A stretch of DNA of 64,000 bases from NCBI GenBank assembly GCA_963827755.1, contig CAWHCQ010000010.1:9101-73100 (forward strand), given 5' to 3'. Positions 57,655-64,000 of this stretch are shown piece by piece (position 1 is the first letter of the stretch; each line of letters opens with the position of its first letter). The notes beneath the pieces were generated by a model, which was given only the letters and a program-made list of their open reading frames with translations, was not told where the DNA came from and ran no database searches. The position numbers and the translations under genes were made by a program. Origin of the DNA: an uncultured Gammaproteobacteria bacterium (lineage in GTDB: Bacteria > Pseudomonadota > Gammaproteobacteria > UBA9214).

Positions 57655-57909
57655 CTACAACCCGTACAACTTGAGTTTCTTGCGCAAGGTGCTGCGGCTG
57701 ATCCCCAGCATTTCGGCGGCCTGGCTCTGGTTGCACTCCGCATGCTGCATCACTACATCGAGGATTGCCGGTTCGACCTCACTCATGACCACGTGATACA
57801 GGTCGCTCACATCATGGCCGTTCATGTCACGCAGGTAGAGCTCCAGGGCGGAGGTGATGCTGCGGCGCAGCGGCTGCTTGCGCCGTTCCCGCCGGGCAGA
57901 CACGTTCAT
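57655..57909 (-). CDS. fis: DNA-binding protein Fis
   Basis: LY..V..EVE..., NQSQAAEMLGISRSTLRKKLK.YG; downstream of dusB. Confidence 0.93.
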   Translation of the reverse strand: MNVSARRERRKQPLRRSITSALELYLRDMNGHDVSDLYHVVMSEVEPAILDVVMQHAECNQSQAAEMLGISRSTLRKKLKLYGL

Positions 57910-58892
57910 GCCGCCAGCCCCTGTTGCTCCGCCAGCCGTGCAAAGTAGGCCTGCACGTAGGCCAGCTGTGCATCGGCCGACTCCAGTTGGTTGATGTGCC
58001 GGCGAAAGACATTGCCGTTGCGCTGGCGCTTGCTGTACCAGGCGATGTGCTTGCGCGCCACGCGCACGCCGGTATATTCGCCGTAGAACTCGTAGAGCTT
58101 GCGCAAGTGGCCGCTGAGGATCGCGCCGATCTCAAGCGCGGCCGGCTCAGGCAAATGCCGGCCCGTTGCCATGTAGTGATTGATCTCGCGAAAGATCCAG
58201 GGCCGGCCCTGCGCCGCGCGGCCGATCATCACACCATCGGCGCCGGTGTAGCGCAGCACTCGCAGCGCCTTTTCGGGGCTGCCGATATCGCCGTTGGCGA
58301 TGACCGGTATGCTCACCGCCTGCTTGATGGCCCGCACGGTGTCGTGCTCCGCCTCGCCACGATACCCGCAGGCACGGGTGCGGCCATGCACGGAGAGCGC
58401 CTGCACCCCCGCCTGCTCGGCGAGGCGTGCGACGGCAAGGCCGTTTTTGTTGTCGCGATCCCAGCCGGTGCGGATCTTCAGCGTGACCGGCACATCAACA
58501 GCGGCAACCACGGCGTCGAGAATCCGTCCGACCAGCGGCTCGTCCTGCAGCAACGCCGAACCCGCCATCACGTTACAGACCTTCTTCGCCGGACAACCCA
58601 TGTTGATGTCGATAATCTGCGCCCCGCGCTCGACATTGAAACGCGCGGCCTGCGCCATCATGTCAGGATCGGCACCGGCAATCTGCACCGACACCGGTTC
58701 ATCTTCACCGGCATGATCGATGCGGCGCAGTGTTTTTTTACTGCCCCACAACAGGGAATTGGACGTCACCATCTCGGACACGACCAGGCCCGCACCCAGG
58801 TCCCGGCAGAGCTGGCGGAACGGACGATCGGTGACACCGGCCATGGGGGCCAGCACCAGCTTGTTCGGAAGTGTGTAAGGACCTATTTTCAC
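57906..58892 (-). CDS. dusB: tRNA-dihydrouridine synthase B
   Basis: LAPMAGVTDRPFR, DINMGCPAKKV, VTLKIRTGW, HGRTR, ANGDI. Confidence 0.97.
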   Translation of the reverse strand: MKIGPYTLPNKLVLAPMAGVTDRPFRQLCRDLGAGLVVSEMVTSNSLLWGSKKTLRRIDHAGEDEPVSVQIAGADPDMMAQAARFNVERGAQIIDINMGCPAKKVCNVMAGSALLQDEPLVGRILDAVVAAVDVPVTLKIRTGWDRDNKNGLAVARLAEQAGVQALSVHGRTRACGYRGEAEHDTVRAIKQAVSIPVIANGDIGSPEKALRVLRYTGADGVMIGRAAQGRPWIFREINHYMATGRHLPEPAALEIGAILSGHLRKLYEFYGEYTGVRVARKHIAWYSKRQRNGNVFRRHINQLESADAQLAYVQAYFARLAEQQGLAA

Positions 58893-59003
58893 CGGATTTA
58901 TATATCGACGAGTTGTATTACCGGAAGTGAAGGACGGCAGATAATACCCGCTTCTGCAGCCGGGATAAAGTCGCAGCGGCAGGCCCCGGGCAAGCCCCGG
59001 AAA

Positions 59004-59873
59004 TTAAAGAAAACCGAACTGGTAGGAGGCCGCAGATTTACCCGGATCGACGATTTCCAGCACCACCGGAACCGGTTCCCCGGGCGGCATACCGCGTTTG
59101 ATGGTGTAGCTGTCAATCATGTATTCGATCGGACGAAAGCGCCGCGCGGCGACGGTGTTGCCGCCAAGGTCGGTGAAACTCACCTCGAGCACCGGGTATG
59201 GCTGGGTAAAGTCGGCCTGGTTCGACAGGGTTGCATTGACGAGCAACGCCTCCTCGACCCGTGGGTGCTGGCGAACATCGCGCTGCAACAGTTCGAGCTG
59301 CGTCAGGTCCACCTGCAGCGGCAGACTGCAATGCAGGTACGTGCAGGCCTGTTCCAGGTACGGCCGCCAGTCCTTGTTACCGGCCAGCTCGGCGCGGTTG
59401 AAAAATATCCATTGCGCACATATCAGCAGCACCAGTAATACAAGCGCCACGGCACTGAACACATTCGGCATCTTCAGGGAACTTTGAGACCAGCCGCCGA
59501 CGGGGCTCGTTAATACCGGTGGTTCATCCCCGGCCACAGCACTGCCGGGCTGGCTGTCGGCCAGCAACGCCTCTGCCGCCGCTACCGCTGCCTCGGCTTC
59601 TTCCCGTTTATGCTGCTCCATCTTCTGCTGCGGCAGTTTCTTCCCGCGCTGCCTCCGCCTGCTCGGCTGCTGCAGCCGCCCGCGCGGCCGGTCCTCCGCA
59701 TGCTGTATGTGCAGTCTCTGCACTTCCCGTGTCTCGGCCAGGTCTTCAAACAGATGCTCAACCGCACTGTAGGTCTCGCGGCACTCGCCACAGCGGGTAC
59801 GTCCGCCGGCCGTGGCAAGCTGACGGGTCGTCAGCCTGAATATCGCGTGGCAGCTCGGGCAAAAGGTGTACAT
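59004..59873 (-). CDS. Zinc-ribbon plus DUF3426 domain protein
   Basis: CPSC.A.FR....QL...GG..RCGEC, TM, C...C.LP, N.A.F.Q.YP; conserved position between prmA and dusB. Confidence 0.85.
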   Translation of the reverse strand: MYTFCPSCHAIFRLTTRQLATAGGRTRCGECRETYSAVEHLFEDLAETREVQRLHIQHAEDRPRGRLQQPSRRRQRGKKLPQQKMEQHKREEAEAAVAAAEALLADSQPGSAVAGDEPPVLTSPVGGWSQSSLKMPNVFSAVALVLLVLLICAQWIFFNRAELAGNKDWRPYLEQACTYLHCSLPLQVDLTQLELLQRDVRQHPRVEEALLVNATLSNQADFTQPYPVLEVSFTDLGGNTVAARRFRPIEYMIDSYTIKRGMPPGEPVPVVLEIVDPGKSAASYQFGFL

Positions 59874-59910
59874 GGGGGGCTAGTGTACCCTGCACGGGAG
59901 TGAAGTGAAA

Positions 59911-60811
59911 TCAAACATCACCGCCCGGGAAATCGCGCTGTTTGACCCCCTCCAGCAGCACCCATTCATCCCGCGTGACCGGCGGCCTGAAATCAAACCG
60001 GTCGTCATAGGCCTCTGTTACCGCCGCGCCCTGCTCCCGGAGTATGCCCGTCATGATGAGGCGCCCGCCGCCGCGAACCCGTGCCGCCAGCGGGCCTGCC
60101 AGCTCGATCAACGGATTGGCGAGAATGTTGGCCATGACCAGATCGACCGGGTCCGTCGCCAGCTCATCGGGCAGCCGCACCTCCAGGCAATCTGCGACCG
60201 CGTTGCGGAATGCATTGTCCCGGGTTGACTGCAACGCCTGCGGATCGATGTCCACCGCATAGACCCTGTCCGCCCCGAGCTTGCAGGCCGCGATGCCGAG
60301 AATGCCGGAGCCGCAGCCGTAATCAATCACCCGCTGACCGGCGGGTGCATGGGCATCCAGCCATTCCAGGCAAAGCCCCGTGGTGACATGGGTACCGGTT
60401 CCGAATGCCAGCCCCGGATCCATCTGCACCACACAGGCCTCCGGATCCGGTGGCGACTCGCCCAGCGGGCAAACCCAGAGCCGCTGGCCGAATTGCATGG
60501 CACTGAAACGTATCCCGCCAGGTATTGGACCAGTCACGGTCTTCCAGCTGTTCCACCCGGCACTGGATTGATTCACCGCCAAGCCCGTTGCGCAGGGTTT
60601 CTTCTACCTGCGCCACATCTGTTTGCGGGCTGAACAGGGCAACGATCCGGTTGTTGGACCACAGCGGCGTCTCGCCCGGCGCCGGCTCCAGCAGCGGCTC
60701 ATCACCCGCATCCAGCACAGTCACGGACAGTGCCCCGGCTGCAGTAAAGGCCTCCGAGGCAATCTCTGCCTGCTCAGCGGGTACCTCGATGGAGAGTTGT
60801 AGCCATGTCAT
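59911..60811 (-). CDS. prmA: Ribosomal protein L11 methyltransferase (frameshift near 60505)
   Basis: EP.PGETPLW, LEDRDW; DPGLAFGTGTH.TT.LCL, DYGCGSGIL, ANILANPL. Confidence 0.95.
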
Positions 60812-60851
60812 AAATGCAATAATTTCTCACGCAAGGGTGCAAAAAATATTT

Positions 60852-60885
60852 AATGGCCACGGAATCCACGAAAGAACACGGAAAA
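60852..60885 (+). repeat. Solo CACG-triplet repeat at the islet border
   Basis: AATGGCCACGGAATCCACGAAAGAACACGGAAAA; core identical to 54161-54190. Confidence 0.85.
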
Positions 60886-60940
60886 ATAAAAACTCATCGT
60901 AAAAGCTACAACCCCTGCTCACACCCATCGTCTGTATCCC

Positions 60941-60966
60941 TGTAGGAGCCAGCGCCAGCTGGCGAA
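60941..60966 (+). repeat. Single REP, GTAG family 4
   Basis: TGTAGGAGCCAGCGCCAGCTGGCGAA identical to 37876-37901. Confidence 0.8.
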
Positions 60967-60975
60967 TGTTTCACC

Positions 60976-61281
60976 TCAACCAGCCCCTTCATACAACTCA
61001 ACCTCCACATCAAGCCTGGAACCCAGCCGGTCTTTCTCCAGCTCAAGATCATATCGTGTCTGCAGATTCATCCAGAAACGATCTGACATGCCAAAAAACT
61101 TTGAAAGACGCAGGGCTGTATCAGCAGTAATTGAACGCTTGCCATGAACGATTTCATTAATACGGCGTGCAGGCACACTCGTTGCCTTGGCAATGCGGTA
61201 CTGGCTTATACCCATAGGCTTGAGAAACTCTTCCAGCAGTATTTCTCCGGGATGAATTGGGGGTAATCTTTTACCGCTCAT
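60976..61281 (-). CDS. higA: HigA/VapI family antitoxin (copy 1)
   Basis: [20 protein letters not shown].......[24 protein letters not shown]....FWMNLQ..YDL. Confidence 0.93.
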   Translation of the reverse strand: MSGKRLPPIHPGEILLEEFLKPMGISQYRIAKATSVPARRINEIVHGKRSITADTALRLSKFFGMSDRFWMNLQTRYDLELEKDRLGSRLDVEVELYEGAG

Positions 61282-61290
61282 ATTAATCAC

Positions 61291-61374
61291 CTAATGGTAG
61301 TCAACTATCTCTACATCAGTCGCCTGGCCTGATTTCCATTGAAAACATATTCGCCACTGGTTATTTACTCGAAC
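61291..61374 (-). pseudogene. higB: C-terminal remnant of a HigB (RelE-family) toxin
   Basis: Manual translation VRVNNQWRICFQWKSGQATDVEIVDYH*; no start codon in frame before an upstream stop. Confidence 0.8.
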
Positions 61375-61396
61375 CAGCGATGGCTTGTGTGACTGT

Positions 61397-61687
61397 TTAT
61401 GCTGCGGACAGCTTCTTCACATTTAACTGCTTACGCTTCTTTTCTGCTTCCCACAAGTCATACTGAGACTGCTGATTCAACCAACTTTCAGAAGACGTAT
61501 CAAAAGCCAGAGAAAGCCGTACCGCCATTTCAGGACTAATGCCGGATCGACCATTAAGAATTGCCGATAACGTTTTACGACTGATGCCAAGCCCTTCTGC
61601 AACCTCGGTAATACTAAGCCCCAGGGGCTCTATACAGAGTTCCCGCAGAATTTCACCTGGATGGGGAGGATTGTGCATCTTCATCAT
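61397..61687 (-). CDS. higA: HigA family antitoxin (copy 2)
   Basis: [44 protein letters not shown]. Confidence 0.93.
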   Translation of the reverse strand: MMKMHNPPHPGEILRELCIEPLGLSITEVAEGLGISRKTLSAILNGRSGISPEMAVRLSLAFDTSSESWLNQQSQYDLWEAEKKRKQLNVKKLSAA

Positions 61688-61693
61688 GACACC

Positions 61694-61972
61694 TCAATGA
61701 TAGTCTTCATAATCAACAACGTCTGCATCCTTGTCTTTAAAGCAGAAAGTCACACGCCAGTTACCACTCACCCAAACCGACCAGATTCCTTTCCGTTTAC
61801 CTCCGAGCTCATGTAATTTGAGGCCCGGCAGATTCATGTCCTTTGGATTTGTTGAAGCATCCAGACGACTCAATATCAGCTTTAGCCGGTTAGCATGTTT
61901 GGCCTGAATCCCTGACCTGATTCCTTTCAGGAAGAATTTTTCAAGGCCCTTATGCCTGAAACTCCTTATCAT
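61694..61972 (-). CDS. higB: HigB/RelE family toxin
   Basis: MIRSFRHKGL..FF, PG..LH.L.G, WSV.VSGNWRVTF.F, VDYEDYH. Confidence 0.93.
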   Translation of the reverse strand: MIRSFRHKGLEKFFLKGIRSGIQAKHANRLKLILSRLDASTNPKDMNLPGLKLHELGGKRKGIWSVWVSGNWRVTFCFKDKDADVVDYEDYH

Positions 61973-61981
61973 GGGATACAT

Positions 61982-62000
61982 CGTAACGTATAACGTTACG
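61982..62000. promoter_or_regulatory. Palindromic operator upstream of higBA (putative HigA autorepression site)
   Basis: CGTAACGT-ATA-ACGTTACG perfect 8-bp inverted repeat 10 bp upstream of the higB start. Confidence 0.65.
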
Positions 62001-62126
62001 GGTTACAAATAGGCGGAATAAGCATATTACTTGTCAAGTTTTGCGGATATAGGGGGTATTTCCCCCTGTAACCTGCATATTGGCAAGTAGCATATTAGAG
62101 TTCTTTATAACTGTAATAACTATGAC

Positions 62127-62264
62127 TCTCGCCAAGGCGCCAAGCACGCCAAGAAATCATTGATAGTCTCCCCCTCTACGTCTTTATGAGTTTTCTATCT
62201 TTGCGAGCTTTGCGTCTTTACGAGAATATTTTTTGGTATCGCCAAGCCGCTAAGCCCGCCAAGA
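62127..62264. repeat. Degenerate B-A-B copies of the GxxExxY-associated repeat, downstream of the gene
   Basis: B 62127-62154 TCTCGCCAAGGCGCCAAGCACGCCAAGA; A 62198-62225 TCTTTGCGAGCTTTGCGTCTTTACGAGA; B 62237-62264. Confidence 0.9.
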
Positions 62265-62266
62265 AA

Positions 62267-62659
62267 TCACTGATCTTCCTCAATGAGTCGATTGACAGTA
62301 CGGGTGATACCATCCTTCATCATGGACTCAGCAAAATTCAGCAGATAGCCCAGTCTCATCCCGGTAAATCGAAGGTAGGTAAGGAGTTGCTTCTTGTGAG
62401 CGTTATTGAGCTTTTCAACACACTTAAGCTCAAGAATGACCTTGTTCTCAACGATGAGATCGGCCCGGAAGCCCTCATCGAACTTAAGCCCCTGATACTC
62501 GATATCGACAGGAACCTGCCGCTCCACTTGCAAACCACGCTGCCGCAACTCATGCGACAGGACAACCTCATAGACTGTTTCCAGCAACCCTGGACCTAGT
62601 TCACGGTGAACCCGAATGGCAACATCAACTACCTGCTTCCCTATCTCATTTTCCGTCAT
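62267..62659 (-). CDS. GxxExxY protein (PD-(D/E)XK nuclease superfamily)
   Basis: HRELGPGLLETVYE (GxxExxY), RADLIVENKVILELK (D..ExK catalytic core), QLLTYL, GYLLNF; 130 aa, intact. Confidence 0.92.
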   Translation of the reverse strand: MTENEIGKQVVDVAIRVHRELGPGLLETVYEVVLSHELRQRGLQVERQVPVDIEYQGLKFDEGFRADLIVENKVILELKCVEKLNNAHKKQLLTYLRFTGMRLGYLLNFAESMMKDGITRTVNRLIEEDQ

Positions 62660-62704
62660 TAGCCGCCTATTCCTTTGCGAGCCTTACATCTTTATGAGTT
62701 CTCT

Positions 62705-63654
62705 ATCTTTGCGAGCTTGGCGTCTTTGCGAGAGTATAATTTTTGATCTCGCCAAGCCGCAAAGAACGCCAAGAAACCATTAATATTCCTATTTCTTTAC
62801 ATGCACTTCATCTTTGCGAGCTTGGCGTCTTTGCGAGAGTATAATTTTTGATCTCGCCAAGCCGCAAAGCACGCCAAGAAACCATTAATATTCCTATTTC
62901 TTTACATGCACTTCTATCTTTGCGAGCTTGGCGTCTTTGCGAGAGTATAATTTTTGATCTCGCCAAGCCGCAAAGCACGCCAAGAAACCATTAATATTCC
63001 TATTTCTTTACATGCACTTCATCTTTGCGAGCTTGGCGTCTTTGCGAGAGTATAATTTTTGATCTCGCCAAGCCGCAAAGAACGCCAAGAAACCATTAAT
63101 ACTCCTATTTCTTTACATGCACTTCATCTTTGCGAGCTTGGCGTCTTTGCGAGAGTATAATTTTTGATCTCGCCAAGCCGCAAAGAACGCCAAGAAACCA
63201 TTAATATTCCTATTTCTTTACATGCACTTCATCTTTGCGAGCTTGGCGTCTTTGCGAGAGTATAATTTTTGATCTCGCCAAGCCGCAAAGCACGCCAAGA
63301 AACCATTAATATTCCTATTTCTTTACATGCACTTCATCTTTGCGAGCTTGGCGTCTTTGCGAGAGTATAATTTTTGATCTCGCCAAGCCGCAAAGCACGC
63401 CAAGAAATCACTGATATCTTATCCCTTTAAGTATTTTGCGACTTTGTACTTTTTACAACCTTCACATCTTTATTGTTTTTCTTTGCGAGCTTTGCGTCTT
63501 TGCGAGAGTATAATTTTTGATCTCGCCAAGCCGCAAAGCGCGCCAAGAAATCACTGATATCTTATCCCTTTAAGTATTTTGCGACTTTGTACTTTTTACA
63601 ACCTTCACATCTTTATTGTTTTTCTTTGCGAGCTTTGCGTCTTTGCGAGAGTAT
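62705..63654. repeat. Tandem array of alternating imperfect inverted 28-bp repeats (BIME-like)
   Basis: Units start at 62705, 62810, 62916, 63021, 63126, 63231 (105-106 bp), 63336, 63479 (143 bp), with a final A at 63622. Unit = A(28) + GTATAATTTTTGA(13) + B(28) + linker (36 or 74). Confidence 0.97.
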
Positions 63655-63694
63655 TAAAAAACCCAAATTTACAACAGCCGGCCATCAAGCACCA

Positions 63695-64000
63695 CTACAT
63701 CCCTAACTTCTTCTCCAAATAATGGATATCCGCCCCACCCTTCATAAAAACAGGATCGGTAACAATGTCACGCTGCAGCGTAGCATTGGTCTTGATCCCG
63801 TCGATCACGATCTCATCCAGCGCCACGCGTATGCGCGCCAGCGCAGACTCGCGGGTCTCGCCATAGGCAATCAGCTTGCCGATCATGGAATCATAAAAAG
63901 GTGGAACGGTGTAACCATTGTAAATATGGGAATCGACGCGAATACCCGGCCCGCCGGGTGCATGATACGAGTTGATCGTTCCCGGGGACGGCATGAAGGT
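63695..64000 (-). CDS. accC: Acetyl-CoA carboxylase biotin carboxylase subunit (C-terminal part; 5' end off the window)
   Basis: [51 protein letters not shown]. Confidence 0.95.
   Translation of the reverse strand, partial: TFMPSPGTINSYHAPGGPGIRVDSHIYNGYTVPPFYDSMIGKLIAYGETRESALARIRVALDEIVIDGIKTNATLQRDIVTDPVFMKGGADIHYLEKKLGM

Noticed and set aside
57924-59438. 504-aa plus-strand ORF
   Set aside because: It is the antisense shadow of dusB and the DUF3426 gene in GC-rich DNA.
62186-62599. 137-aa plus-strand ORF overlapping the GxxExxY gene
   Set aside because: It is antisense to a well-formed GxxExxY CDS, and its N-terminus is just translated repeat.
60976-62659. Integron cassette array (TA genes plus small ORFs)
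   Set aside because: No recognisable attC sites (RYYYAAC...GTTRRRY) between the genes and no intI in the window.
62705-63654. CRISPR array (28-bp repeats with 36-bp spacers next to a nuclease)
   Set aside because: The would-be spacers are near-identical copies, the repeats alternate in orientation, and no cas genes are present in the window.

Overview
Chromosomal window of a gammaproteobacterium. The core gene orders are ptsP-rppH, rhlB-trxA-rho, accC-prmA-dusB-fis-purH-purD and gspCDEF. Most content is housekeeping: Arg, Ilv and purine synthesis, Fe-S carriers, B12 uptake with a cobalamin riboswitch, a putative Fur-controlled porin/FMN-binding/PepSY operon, and a rhodanese/persulfide dioxygenase operon. 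About 11 genes, including rho and purH, carry frameshifts that are most likely long-read indel errors. The unusual signal is in the intergenic DNA. (1) An AT-rich islet between accC and prmA holds HigBA modules and an intact GxxExxY PD-(D/E)XK nuclease gene. This gene sits inside a BIME-like array of alternating 28-bp imperfect inverted repeats (6 x 105-106 bp and 2 x 143 bp units, plus degenerate copies on the far side). The gene occupies a linker position, and the empty units look like internally deleted copies of the gene-bearing unit. This is the best candidate for an undescribed nuclease-repeat system. (2) A second dispersed triplet-repeat family (CACGGAATC-CACGAAAGAA-CACGGAAAA) has the same architecture. 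(3) Nine inverted heptamer elements, (AAGTGAG)n...(TCACTTC)n, sit at gene 3' ends and often supply the stop codon and the last residues. (4) There are five distinct GTAG-type REP families. No rRNA, tRNA, CRISPR, integrase or transposase was recognised. All calls come from reading the sequence; no database searches were run.
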